A stretch of DNA of 64,000 nucleotides, taken from NCBI GenBank assembly GCA_030696265.1, contig JAUYSO010000017.1, forward strand, positions 72,368 to 136,367, given 5' to 3'. The translations under genes and the position numbers were made by a program. Below are positions 50,622 to 60,142 of the stretch, piece after piece (the first letter of the stretch is position 1; each line of letters opens with the position of its first letter). This DNA comes from Myxococcales bacterium. GTDB taxonomy: Bacteria > Myxococcota > Myxococcia > Myxococcales > Myxococcaceae. The notes beneath the pieces were generated by a model. The model saw only the letters and a program-made list of their open reading frames with translations. It ran no database searches and had not been told where the DNA came from.

Positions 50622-51845
50622 TCATGGCAACATCCCTCCCTGCACCCACCGCGCGAGCACGGCGTACTGGCTGGGACGCAGCAGGCCCGAGCTCGCAGGA
50701 GGCATCGGCGTGTCGCCGTTCTCGGCGCGGGCCAACGACTGCACGGCCCACTGCTTCGCTTTGGCGTAGGTGGCGAAGTCGATGATGGGTGCGTAGTTCG
50801 CGCCCGAGCGGTGGCAGCTCACACAGTGCGCCGTGAAGAAGGGCTTCACGTCGGCGAAGACGACCGGCTGCTCCTCAGCCGTCGTCGCGAGGCGCTCGAG
50901 CGTCTGCCCATCGAGGGTGAAGATGGCGCCCGCGGTATCTCGCACCACGCCGCTCACCACCGGGGCCGCGACGTCACCGAGCACCTTCACCTCGTCGACC
51001 AGCATCGAGAACAGCTGCCCGTTCGACTGCACCAGCGCGCCGTCACCATCGACGGCGACGTCAGTCACGGCAGCGGCGGCCCCGAAGAGCATCAGCGAGA
51101 CGTCGTTCGACGGCGCCACGCGCACCAGGCCGTCGGTGGTGGCGAAGACGACGTGGCCATCACCCAGGCGCGCGCTCTGCGTCACGGCCCCGAGGCCCTT
51201 CGCGAGCACGGTCACCTTCGGGGCGGCGACCTCGACGAGGTACAGGCGCTCGCCTCGCACGACCACCGCGGTCGACGCGTCACGTCCGACGACGGCCTTC
51301 AGCAGGCCGCTGCCGTTCGGGTCGTCGAGCTCGATGGAGTCGAGCGCGCCACCCGACACCCGCAACAGCGCGGCGTCGGTGCGCACCCACCACGTCTCGG
51401 CGACACCCTCGCCAACGACGTCGATGGCCTTCACCTGCGGCAGCGGCAGCGAATCAGAGATGGGCGAGCGGAGCAGCCGGCCCGCGCGCTCGAGGAACAC
51501 GCCCGTCGACGTCAGCCAGAGCGACGCCGCGCCGCGACGGCCGATGAGGCGCACCGTGCCGAGGGAGTCAGCGCCCATCGGACCGACGGGAACCGGCGTC
51601 ATCGTGGTGCCGGTGCGAACGGCCACGCCGTCGATGGCGACGACCGCGACCTGGCCCGAGACCAGCGACAGCCCCACCGCAGAGACCGACGACATCACCG
51701 TCGACGACATCGGACGCGTGGTGTCGACAGGCGTGACGGTCACCCGCGTCAGCGCGGGCGGCTCGACCGGCGCGGGCGGCGGCATGATGATCTGCCCCGG
51801 CGCGCAGGCCGCAAACACGACGAAGGAGAACAGGAGTGCTCGCAT
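50622..51845 (-). CDS. Lipoprotein with a C-terminal cytochrome-c-like (PSCyt1-type CxxCH...MPP) domain
   Basis: Start at the internal ATG 51845 (MRALLFSFVVFAACAPGQ lipobox). C-terminus FFTAHCVSCHRSGANYAPI...GDTPMPP matches the planctomycete-type cytochrome c domain pattern. 407 aa. Confidence 0.6.
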   Translation of the reverse strand: MRALLFSFVVFAACAPGQIIMPPPAPVEPPALTRVTVTPVDTTRPMSSTVMSSVSAVGLSLVSGQVAVVAIDGVAVRTGTTMTPVPVGPMGADSLGTVRLIGRRGAASLWLTSTGVFLERAGRLLRSPISDSLPLPQVKAIDVVGEGVAETWWVRTDAALLRVSGGALDSIELDDPNGSGLLKAVVGRDASTAVVVRGERLYLVEVAAPKVTVLAKGLGAVTQSARLGDGHVVFATTDGLVRVAPSNDVSLMLFGAAAAVTDVAVDGDGALVQSNGQLFSMLVDEVKVLGDVAAPVVSGVVRDTAGAIFTLDGQTLERLATTAEEQPVVFADVKPFFTAHCVSCHRSGANYAPIIDFATYAKAKQWAVQSLARAENGDTPMPPASSGLLRPSQYAVLARWVQGGMLP

Positions 51846-52030
51846 CGGACGTGACGTAAAGCAAGCCGGCGGCCAGGCACTTTCATCAAGTGATTCAGGC
51901 TGTTGGGCGCTCCCGACCCGCACGCAGCCTGGCGCCTGGCACGTCGAGGCGCACGCAGTCGTCCTCTGGCTGAGGACAGACTCCACAGCCCTCGAGGCCC
52001 TTCCGCACACTGTCAGCGCTGAGATACACC

Positions 52031-53455
52031 GTGCGCATGGCGGAGCTCGACCTCGACGCGCTGTCCCGGCACCCGGTGGTTCGGAAGCTGACCGAGAAGG
52101 TGAAGGACAGCCTGGGCCTGACGTTCCTGTTCGTCTCTCCGAAGGCGCGGGTCGAGGGCATTCCGTCGGGGCAGTACATGCCGACGAACAACGCGCTGTG
52201 TACGCGCATCTGCACCGACCGGAAGAAGGGCATGAAGGCGTGCCTGTCGGCGGGCACCGCGCTGTTCGCGGCGAAGCGGCTGTCGTCGGGCGACTTCACG
52301 CAGAAGCCCTGTCACATCGGCCTGCAGACCCTCGGAGCGCCCATCGTCGTCGACGGCCAGTTCCTCGGCGTCATCGCCACCTGCGGCTTCATGCGCGCCG
52401 AGCACGTCTTCGAAGAAGAACAGGCCGTCGCCCATCGCGCGGCACGGCAAGGCTGGGCGCCGGGCTTCGACGAGGCGCTCTCGCAGCTCCGTCAGACGCC
52501 ATCACTCAACGTGCGCGAGGTGCGCATCGCCGCCGACCTGATGCAGCTGCTCGTCGAGCAGCTCATTCACTTCTCGCGCTCGAGCGAAGCCGACGCCGAG
52601 GCCTTGCAGCGCGCGTGGCAGGCGCTCGAGGTGTCGTGTCCCGAGTCGCCGCTCATCGGAGACTCCGAGGCGATGCGGGCGGTCGCCGCCGTGGTGGAGC
52701 GCTCTGCCTCCAAGCGCCTCCCGACGCTCATCAGCGGCCCGCAAGGCGCGGGCGCGACGCACCTGTCTCGGCACCTGCACCGCGCTGGAGGTTTTCTGCG
52801 CACGCCCTTCGTCAGCCTCGAGGCGCGCGACGGCGTGACGACCGTGAAGGGGCTCTTGCGCAAGGGCTTCACCGGCACGCTGGTGCTCGAGCACCTCGAG
52901 CGCGCGTCCGCCTCCACCGTCGACGAACTGGTCGAGCTGATGCGCACCAGGCCCGACGTGTTCTGGGTCAGCACCACGCGCGGGCCGCTCGAGCCGAACG
53001 TCGCCGCGGCCGTGGGCGTCGTGCAGGTGACGCTGCCTCCGTTGAGCGCGCGCCCGCAAGACGTGGCGGCGCTGGCCGACTCGCTCATCTCGAAGCTGGG
53101 AACGTCTCTCACCGTCTCGCCCTCGGTGCTTTCGGCGCTCGAGCGGTACGGCTGGCCCGGCAACGTCGCCGAGCTCGAGGCCGTGCTCCGGCGCGCGCTC
53201 GCGCTTGGAGGGCTGTCGCTCGCGCACCTGCCGAGGGAGCTCGCCATTCTCTCGGCCCGCACGCGGCGCCGCGCCGGGTTTCATGACGAGGTGCTGCAGT
53301 TCAAGACCGAGCTGGTCGCCGAGACGCTCCAGCGCACCAACGGCAACGTCAGCCAGGCCGCGCGCGAGCTGGGCCTGCAGCGCACGTATCTGCACCGGCT
53401 GATGAACGAGCTCGGCGTGCACCCGCAGCGTGAAGAGAAGGTCGCTCCGAGCTGA
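52031..53455 (+). CDS. PocR-sensor domain plus degenerate sigma-54-activator-like AAA+ domain plus Fis-type HTH regulator
   Basis: N-terminal PocR-like region (Cys-containing, GLTFLFVSPK...CTRIC). Central domain with atypical Walker A GPQGAGAT and GWPGNVAELE, but no GAFTGA loop. C-terminal HTH (NGNVSQAARELGLQRTYLHRLM). Confidence 0.7.
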   Translation: MRMAELDLDALSRHPVVRKLTEKVKDSLGLTFLFVSPKARVEGIPSGQYMPTNNALCTRICTDRKKGMKACLSAGTALFAAKRLSSGDFTQKPCHIGLQTLGAPIVVDGQFLGVIATCGFMRAEHVFEEEQAVAHRAARQGWAPGFDEALSQLRQTPSLNVREVRIAADLMQLLVEQLIHFSRSSEADAEALQRAWQALEVSCPESPLIGDSEAMRAVAAVVERSASKRLPTLISGPQGAGATHLSRHLHRAGGFLRTPFVSLEARDGVTTVKGLLRKGFTGTLVLEHLERASASTVDELVELMRTRPDVFWVSTTRGPLEPNVAAAVGVVQVTLPPLSARPQDVAALADSLISKLGTSLTVSPSVLSALERYGWPGNVAELEAVLRRALALGGLSLAHLPRELAILSARTRRRAGFHDEVLQFKTELVAETLQRTNGNVSQAARELGLQRTYLHRLMNELGVHPQREEKVAPS

Positions 53456-53558
53456 TGCGGGAGCGCACGCGACGTGCCTGCAGCGCGGCCTCGACCTTCA
53501 GCGCCTCCCGGCCACGCCAGCAGCCTCCCAGATGAGCCAGACGCTAGACTGACGCCTC

Positions 53559-54254
53559 GTGGGAGCGCTCTTCATCACCGTGCTGCTGACTCAAGCGACC
53601 CAACCGCCGCTGGTGAACGCCGACTCGCCGACGACGCCGCTGCCGCCACCGCCAGTCACCGTCATCGCGAATCCCGTCGACGCCGGCGTTCGCGAACTCT
53701 CCACGCCACCGGTCTTCACCAGCGACGTTCCCGTCGACGTGCCCGTCGCCGCGCCTCCACCGAAAGAGACGCCGAGCGAGCCCGAGCGCACGGCGATTCT
53801 CCACTTCTCTCCGCTGAGCCTGTTCGCGACGCACCTCTCGTTCGAGCTCGAGAAGGCCGTCTCGAAGACGGTGACGGTGTTCGGTGCGCTCGGCGCGAGC
53901 CTCATTCCGCAGGTGGGCTTCGACCTCGGCCTGCGCGTCTACGTCGGCGACCATCTGCTCGAGGGCCCGTTTCTGGCGGTGCAGGGCTCGGTGTTCTGGT
54001 TCTCTCCAGCGTCGACGCTCCTCGTCGGGCCCGGCGCGATGTTCGGCTACGTGTTTCGCCCGAAAGGAGCGCTCACGTTGTCCATCGGCGCAGGGCTGCA
54101 GGTATGGAACCAGCCGACGCCCGACACGAGCGTGCGCGTGCTCGGCATTCAGCCGCAGACCAGCGTGATGCTGCTGCCAGGGTTTCAGCGGCCGGGCATG
54201 GGCGTGTGGGGGCCGCAGCCGATGCTGCGCTTCACGGTCGGCCCCGCGTTCTGA
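53559..54254 (+). CDS. Hypothetical exported protein (Pro-rich N-terminus, beta-rich C-terminus)
   Basis: 231 aa. High GC3. Alternating hydrophobic pattern in the C-terminal 150 aa. No family recognised. Confidence 0.45.
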   Translation: MGALFITVLLTQATQPPLVNADSPTTPLPPPPVTVIANPVDAGVRELSTPPVFTSDVPVDVPVAAPPPKETPSEPERTAILHFSPLSLFATHLSFELEKAVSKTVTVFGALGASLIPQVGFDLGLRVYVGDHLLEGPFLAVQGSVFWFSPASTLLVGPGAMFGYVFRPKGALTLSIGAGLQVWNQPTPDTSVRVLGIQPQTSVMLLPGFQRPGMGVWGPQPMLRFTVGPAF

Positions 54255-54258
54255 CGCG

Positions 54259-55551
54259 TCACTGACCCGAGCGCTTGAAGACGAACGGGTACGAGACCGT
54301 GAAGCCCGCCTCGGCCTGCTTCGCTGCAGGGAAGCGCCAGGTGCGTACGCGGCCTGCCAGACAGGTGCCGAGCTCTGCGCTCTGCGCCGTCGACGAGACG
54401 ACCTCTGACGCATCGACGATGCCGCCACCCGTCACGTGCCACTTCACGACGACGCGGCCGTTCAGGTTCGGCATGCGCGGCAACAGCTGCTCGTAGCAGT
54501 AGCGCACCTGGCCGAGGTGCTCGCGCACGATGCGGCGAATGAGCTCCTTGTCGAGGCAGCCCACCGCAGCGCAGGAGATGACCGGCGGGGTGGTGTCGGG
54601 CTCCGGCCCCTCACCTTCCATCTTCTTCAGCGTGTAGTCCGGCCCACCACCCGGAGGCCCCACCTTGAGGCCGATGCCGCCGATGCGGAGCGGACCGCCG
54701 AGGTCACCACCACCGCCGGTGCCGCGCAGCCTGATGCCACCGAGCCCATCGGCGTTTCCGACGACGTTGCCCAGCGCGTGGGTGAGCTCCTTCGCGAGCT
54801 CGCCGTTGCCCATCACGCCCTGCCCGCCCAGTTCGGCGAAGAGCTTGCGAATGTCGGGACCGAGGGCGCGTGGGCCACCGTCACCGCGCGTCACCGGCGT
54901 GGGCTTCGGCTTCGGGCTGCCCTCGGCGGCGGCCTGCTTCTGCTGCGTGAGGCGTTCGGGCGCCTGCTCGACCGGCGCGCGCTGCAGCTTCGGCGGCTTC
55001 TCGGCCGTCACCAGCACGCGCCGCAGCGTCACCGCCGACGCCGACACGCCGTCATCATCGACGTCGCCGCCTTCCATCGCGAACAGCTCGAAGCGCAGCA
55101 CGAGGAGCAACGCGACCATCACCGTCGCCATCAACACGTTGAGCCAGCGGTAGTCCCACACGGCGTTCATCACGCCGACGCGCAGCGGCGCCTTCATCGG
55201 CCACGCCTCGACCGCGACGTTCCCGAACTCGAGCACCACGCCATCGCGGCGGCCGAGGGGCAACGTCCACCCTTCCTTCTCTTCATGCGCGAGCCCGCGG
55301 TGAATCACGTCCGACATCGGCAGCTCGGTCTCACCGTTGCGGAACACCTGGCCGCGCACGCCATCGGTGAAGTGCACCACCGGCCCATCACCGCCGAACG
55401 AGAACGAGGCCTGCCCTGCACGAGGCATGGGCACGTCACTGCCGGGAGCGCCGCCGAGCGAGAAGACCCGCTTGTCGTGCGCGCGCAGCACGTGCGAGCT
55501 GATCAGCCGATCTCCCCACCGCACCGAAATGGCCAACGCCGTCGTCGACAT
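54259..55551 (-). CDS. Membrane protein with a Pro-rich periplasmic linker and a TonB-C/AgmX-PglI-like C-terminal domain
   Basis: Start at the internal ATG 55551 (MSTTALAISVRWGDRLISSHVL). TM helix (WLNVLMATVMVALLLVL), PKPKPTP linker, C-terminal IRRIVREHLGQVRYCYEQLL...GRVVVKWHVTGGGIV...FTVSYPFVF. The first about 270 codons of the ORF-track entry are low-complexity antisense and rejected, as is the overlapping plus-strand ORF 54436..56361. Confidence 0.65.
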   Translation of the reverse strand: MSTTALAISVRWGDRLISSHVLRAHDKRVFSLGGAPGSDVPMPRAGQASFSFGGDGPVVHFTDGVRGQVFRNGETELPMSDVIHRGLAHEEKEGWTLPLGRRDGVVLEFGNVAVEAWPMKAPLRVGVMNAVWDYRWLNVLMATVMVALLLVLRFELFAMEGGDVDDDGVSASAVTLRRVLVTAEKPPKLQRAPVEQAPERLTQQKQAAAEGSPKPKPTPVTRGDGGPRALGPDIRKLFAELGGQGVMGNGELAKELTHALGNVVGNADGLGGIRLRGTGGGGDLGGPLRIGGIGLKVGPPGGGPDYTLKKMEGEGPEPDTTPPVISCAAVGCLDKELIRRIVREHLGQVRYCYEQLLPRMPNLNGRVVVKWHVTGGGIVDASEVVSSTAQSAELGTCLAGRVRTWRFPAAKQAEAGFTVSYPFVFKRSGQ

Positions 55552-55666
55552 GGGTACCGCCTTCCGTGGACCTCTCGACACCAACGTCCAGGTCGGGTTC
55601 CCGAGGCGGTACTCTGGTGGTGTGTGCAGAAGTTCCCTTCCACCCGGGCCGGAGTAGACGTTCGAT

Positions 55667-56689
55667 ATGCGTGCGCTGGTGGGGCTGCTCGTTCTGACGT
55701 CGTGCGTGACGGCGAAGCCGATTCCCGAGCCCGTCGAGCCGCTGGTGCCCGCGCCGCGCGCGAACGCGGTGCGGGTTCGAGCCCTGGCCTTCGATGTGAG
55801 CGCGTGTGCGAAGCCGGTCCCGCCGAGCGGCCTGACGAACGAGACGCTCGCGGCGTTCCTCGAGCTCGAGCGCCCGCGCTTCGAGGCGTGTCTGGCGCCG
55901 CCGACCAGCCGGGAGCGCCCAGACGCCAGCGCCGACCTCGAGGTGACCGTCTCGGCGACGGCGAGCGCGCGCGTGACGCCACGCAACGTGACCGCAGAGG
56001 GTGTGGCCTGCCTCGAGGCCCGCGTGAAGGACCTCACGCTGACCGGCGCCGCCTCGACGCCCCTGGTGAACGTGCTGGTCGTCGCGCCTCCGGTGGGTGC
56101 TCCGGACCCATCGCTCGAGCTGTTGCCCGAGGTGAACGCCCTCCGCGCCGCGGTGACGAGCGCCTGTTCGTGCTTCGTGGCGCTCGGCGTGAACGCGCCT
56201 CCGCAGCTCGTCCTCACGCACCTGCCCGACGCCCCCATCGACGTCGTCACCTCATCGGACCCGCTCGCCGACGCCGTGGAGCGCTGCCTCGAAGCCGCGC
56301 TGCAGGCCCAGCCCCGCACCGCGCTCGAGCTCACCGTCGACCTGCCGCTGCTCAACGGTGACGCCACGCAGGAGAGCCCGGACGCGGCGGCCGACGTGGT
56401 GAAGGCGCAGACCGAGGCGATGCGCCGGCGTCACGCCGCGCACGTGAAGCTGTTGGTGGCGCGACACGCCGCGAACCAGAAGCAGCTCGAGACCGTGGCG
56501 GCCTCGTACAAGCGCAAGCCCACGCCGAAGCTCGCGCGCAGCCGGGTGGCCTTGTGTGGCGAGCTGCGGAGCATCGAGGCCGAGCTGCCCGCTGCACTCG
56601 AGCGCGCGAAGAGCCCCACGCTGAACGGGTCGGCGAACGTCGTCCCGACGACCTTGTGCGCCTCGGTGAAGAGCGACGAGGTGGAGTAG
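55667..56689 (+). CDS. Hypothetical lipoprotein
   Basis: MRALVGLLVLTSCVTA (lipobox). 340 aa. High GC3. Confidence 0.6.
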   Translation: MRALVGLLVLTSCVTAKPIPEPVEPLVPAPRANAVRVRALAFDVSACAKPVPPSGLTNETLAAFLELERPRFEACLAPPTSRERPDASADLEVTVSATASARVTPRNVTAEGVACLEARVKDLTLTGAASTPLVNVLVVAPPVGAPDPSLELLPEVNALRAAVTSACSCFVALGVNAPPQLVLTHLPDAPIDVVTSSDPLADAVERCLEAALQAQPRTALELTVDLPLLNGDATQESPDAAADVVKAQTEAMRRRHAAHVKLLVARHAANQKQLETVAASYKRKPTPKLARSRVALCGELRSIEAELPAALERAKSPTLNGSANVVPTTLCASVKSDEVE

Positions 56690-56702
56690 GCTCGCCAGAC
56701 CC

Positions 56703-57500
56703 GTGAATGGTTTCTTCCGCGACCTGCAGCAGTTGATCGACGAGGGGCACCCCTTCGTCCTCTGCACCGTCATCGCGTCGCATGGCTCGACCCCGCAGAA
56801 GCCTGGCAGCAAGCTGGTGGTGAAGGCCGATGGCTCGCTCGTCGGCACCGTGGGCGGCGGCGCCATCGAGAAGCAGATCGTCGACGCGGCCCTGGCGCTC
56901 CTGCAGTCGTCCACCACCACCTCGACCCTCGACACGCACCTCACGCACGAGCTCGGCATGTGCTGCGGCGGGCGCATGACGGTGTTCCTCGAGAAGCACG
57001 CCGCCGCGCCGGCCCTCGTCCTCTTCGGCGCGGGCCACGTCGCGAAGGAGCTCTCGGCCCTCGCCGTCGCCGCAGGCTTCGACGTCACCGTCGCCGACGA
57101 GCGCACCGAATGGGCGACCGACGCACGGTTCCCCGGCGCGCGGGTGCTGGTGCGCCCGGCCGATGACGTCGCGCGCGAACACGCCGGAGGACCCGACACG
57201 TATTTCGCCGTCGCCACGCACGACCACCCGCTCGACCAACGCTGCGTCGAAGCGCTCCTCGACAAGCCGTGGAGCTACCTCGGCGTCATCGGGAGCCGCC
57301 GCAAGGCCGAGCGGTTTCGTCAGCGGCTCCTCGCGGGGGGCTTCTCGAAGGACCGCGTCGAGGCGCTCGAGTGCCCCATGGGCCTCGACATCGGAGCGTT
57401 GACGCCGGTCGAGATTGGGCTGTCGATCGCCGCGCGCCTGGTGGCGGTTCGCCGGGCCGAGCGGGTCAAAGCCAAGGCGCGTCACCTCGCGTCGGTGTAG
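56703..57500 (+). CDS. XdhC/CoxI-family molybdenum-cofactor insertion accessory protein
   Basis: VIASHGSTPQKPGSKLVV...GTVGGG; Rossmann LVLFGAGHVAKELSALA; HDHPLD. 265 aa. Confidence 0.8.
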   Translation: MNGFFRDLQQLIDEGHPFVLCTVIASHGSTPQKPGSKLVVKADGSLVGTVGGGAIEKQIVDAALALLQSSTTTSTLDTHLTHELGMCCGGRMTVFLEKHAAAPALVLFGAGHVAKELSALAVAAGFDVTVADERTEWATDARFPGARVLVRPADDVAREHAGGPDTYFAVATHDHPLDQRCVEALLDKPWSYLGVIGSRRKAERFRQRLLAGGFSKDRVEALECPMGLDIGALTPVEIGLSIAARLVAVRRAERVKAKARHLASV

Positions 57501-57511
57501 GGTGCGCGCTC

Positions 57512-58777
57512 GTGCGTCGCCTTCTCGCCATCAGCGTCGTTGCCCTCACCGCCTGCCCTCCGCCGATGATGATGGTGACGCCTGACGCGTCCATCACGCC
57601 AGTGGTCGATGCGGGAGACGTCGAGCCTGAAATCGACGCGGGCCGCATGCGCTTCGACGGCGGCACGGTCGACGCCGGCTTCACCCTGGCGACGGCGGCG
57701 ACGTGGTGCCGCACGAAGGCGCTGGCGACCTGCCTGCGACAGGTGCGCTGCCTGAGCCTCTCGGAGTCCTCGCTCACCGACTGCGTGGTGCGCACGGCCG
57801 ACAGCTGCGACCAGCTGGCCTTCGACACCGGCGTCGACGCAGGCCGGCTGGTGTTCGACTCGACGCGCGCCGTCACCTGCCTCAACGCCTACGCCACCGG
57901 CAGTTGCACCCGGGAGCCTGCTTCGTGCGCAGGCCTCTTCTCCGGCCGCGTTCCCGCCGATGGCGGCTGCGTCATCGCCGACGACTGCAGCGCCGGCAGC
58001 TACTGCGACATCTACACGGGCACCTGCCCCTACCCCTGCCGCGCCTTCCGCGCTGCGGGCGAGACCTGCGACTTCTTCCGCCGCTGCGAGCCGACGCTCG
58101 GGTGTTACCGCGCCGACAGTGGCGTCGAGATGTGCAACCCGCTCAAGCGCGCGGGCGACTCGTGCGTCGACTTCGACGAGTGCGGCGCCGAGGGCGCGTG
58201 CATCAACCAGCGGTGCGTCGCGCGCCGGGCCGATGCCGGCGAGGTGTGCGGCGCGACGAGCGGGTACCCGTTCTGCGCCGACGAGTACTTCTGCCGTCAG
58301 GGCCCGCCCGCGATGGAAGGTGAGCCGCCCCCGCCTGGAACCTGCCAGCGGCGAACGGGCCTCAACGGCACCTGCGCCGGGAGCGGAACGTGCCTGCCGT
58401 CGCTGCGCTGCTCCACCGTCATCACCACCGGCACCTGCCTCGCCCGCGCTCGACGTGGCGAGACGTGCTCCGTCTACAACGACTGCGAAGATGGGCTGTT
58501 CTGCTCCAACGTGAACCAGCGCTGCGAGCCTTTCCCCGGCGATGGTGGGGACTGCGGCTACACGGTGGGCAGCAGCGGGCGATGTCTGACGGGCTACTTC
58601 TGCCAGTTCAGCGGCTCGGACGACCGTCGCTGCACACGCCGGCGTGCGCCGGGTGACGACTGCGACTATGATGGCATGTGCCTGTCGAATGAATGCGAGT
58701 TCGGCCGTCGCCCCGACGGTGGTTTTGGCGGGACGTGCGGAATCGCCTGCTCGCTGAAGGCCGACGCCGGGCTGTAG
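57512..58777 (+). CDS. Cysteine-rich lipoprotein with Dickkopf-N-like repeats
   Basis: Proposed GTG start at 57512 (VRRLLAISVVALTACPP lipobox; no in-frame ATG before the signal peptide). Repeated modules of the type CxxxxxCxxGxYCxxxxxxCxxPC...CxxxxxC. 421 aa. Confidence 0.65.
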   Translation: MRRLLAISVVALTACPPPMMMVTPDASITPVVDAGDVEPEIDAGRMRFDGGTVDAGFTLATAATWCRTKALATCLRQVRCLSLSESSLTDCVVRTADSCDQLAFDTGVDAGRLVFDSTRAVTCLNAYATGSCTREPASCAGLFSGRVPADGGCVIADDCSAGSYCDIYTGTCPYPCRAFRAAGETCDFFRRCEPTLGCYRADSGVEMCNPLKRAGDSCVDFDECGAEGACINQRCVARRADAGEVCGATSGYPFCADEYFCRQGPPAMEGEPPPPGTCQRRTGLNGTCAGSGTCLPSLRCSTVITTGTCLARARRGETCSVYNDCEDGLFCSNVNQRCEPFPGDGGDCGYTVGSSGRCLTGYFCQFSGSDDRRCTRRRAPGDDCDYDGMCLSNECEFGRRPDGGFGGTCGIACSLKADAGL

Positions 58778-58789
58778 GAAGCGTTTGCA

Positions 58790-60142
58790 GTGACGACCTC
58801 ACACGCCTTCGTCATCGGACTCATCGCGGGCGTCATCGTGGCGTGCAGCCCCGTGCCTCCACCGCTGCTGGTCCTCCCCGACGGCGGCATCGGCGCCGGC
58901 GGCGTGGGCGGCGGCTCATCGGGCACGGGCGGTGGCTCGGCTGACGGAGGGCTTCCGCTGAGGAGCGCCTGTGCCACCTTGAACGCCCGGCGCTGCGAGA
59001 CGTTGCGCACCTGCGGCGTCATCGACGACACGACCGACGCCTACCGCGCGTGCGTGGCGTGGCTCACCGCGACCTGGTGCGGCCCCACCCAATGGCCCTC
59101 ACGCGTCGAGGTGGGCACGCTGCGCTACGACGCGATTCGTGCGCAGACGTGCGCGACCGACTGGGCCACCCGCTCGTGCAGCGACTGGGCGATGGAGCCG
59201 GCCTCGTGCAAGAGCTTCCTGCTCCCGGCCGTCTCGCTCGGTGGCCGCTGCTACGACGGCTACCAGGAGTGCTCCGACGGCGTGTGTCGCGGCGGCGGCT
59301 GCCCGCGCAAGTGCCTGGCCCGTGGCGCCATCGCAGAGGTCTGCCTCACCACCGCCGACTGCCAGGCGAACCTCTACTGCCGGCCGCCCCTGGGCGCGTC
59401 GGGCTCGAGCCAGTGCAGCCAGTTCGGGGCCGAGTCTGCGCCGTGTGGCCCGACCCAGCTGTGCGCCCCGGGCCTCGTCTGCAGCGCCGGAGCGTGTCGT
59501 CGCCTGCCCGTCGCCGAGCAGCCCTGTGTCGTCGGCCGCTGCGACGACTCGGCGTTCTGCGTCGCGTCGGCGGACGGCGGCGTGTGCGAGTCGCGCCGCG
59601 ACGCAGGCCTCGGCTGCAACGACGACTCTCAGTGCGGCCCGAGCCTGGTGTGCGACGCCATCACCCAGTCGTGCGTCGCGTCGTCGGCCCCCATCGGCGC
59701 CGAGTGCTCCCCGCGGCAACAATGCCCTCAGGGTGCGACGTGCCTCATCGAGACCGGTCAGCAGCGCGGCGTGTGCTCCGTGCTCAAGCGCGCGACGGAG
59801 CCCTGCCGCGTCGCCAGTGACTGTCAGGGCCACCTCACCTGCGTCGAGGCCGACGGCGGTCGAAGCTGCGCGCCGCTGCTGAAGAACGCGTCGGTCTGCA
59901 GCACCTCGCGCGACTGTCTGGCGTTGAGCGCCTGCGTCGCAGGCAACTGTGTGGGGCTCCCTGCGCTGGGCGAGCCGTGTTCGACGACCAGGCCGTGTCT
60001 GTGGGGCGCGTGCCTCGATGGCGCTGACGGCGGCGCGGTGTGCATCGAGCCGCAGGGCCCGGGCCAGGCGTGTCGCACGGGCGCTGACTGCGCGTCGGGG
60101 CGGTGTGAGCAGGGCCTGTGCGCGGCGGCGTGTCTTCCGTAG
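58790..60142 (+). CDS. Cysteine-rich lipoprotein paralog (Dickkopf-N-like repeats)
   Basis: MTTSHAFVIGLIAGVIVACS (lipobox), Gly-rich linker, then about 8 Cys-rich modules similar to the upstream gene (e.g. CxxDxxCxxGLxCxxxxCxxLP). 450 aa. Confidence 0.7.
   Translation: MTTSHAFVIGLIAGVIVACSPVPPPLLVLPDGGIGAGGVGGGSSGTGGGSADGGLPLRSACATLNARRCETLRTCGVIDDTTDAYRACVAWLTATWCGPTQWPSRVEVGTLRYDAIRAQTCATDWATRSCSDWAMEPASCKSFLLPAVSLGGRCYDGYQECSDGVCRGGGCPRKCLARGAIAEVCLTTADCQANLYCRPPLGASGSSQCSQFGAESAPCGPTQLCAPGLVCSAGACRRLPVAEQPCVVGRCDDSAFCVASADGGVCESRRDAGLGCNDDSQCGPSLVCDAITQSCVASSAPIGAECSPRQQCPQGATCLIETGQQRGVCSVLKRATEPCRVASDCQGHLTCVEADGGRSCAPLLKNASVCSTSRDCLALSACVAGNCVGLPALGEPCSTTRPCLWGACLDGADGGAVCIEPQGPGQACRTGADCASGRCEQGLCAAACLP

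Noticed and set aside
54436-56361. 641-aa plus-strand ORF overlapping the TonB-C-like gene
   Set aside because: Arg/His/Ala-rich low-complexity translation. The opposite strand encodes a recognisable TonB-C/AgmX-like C-terminal domain.
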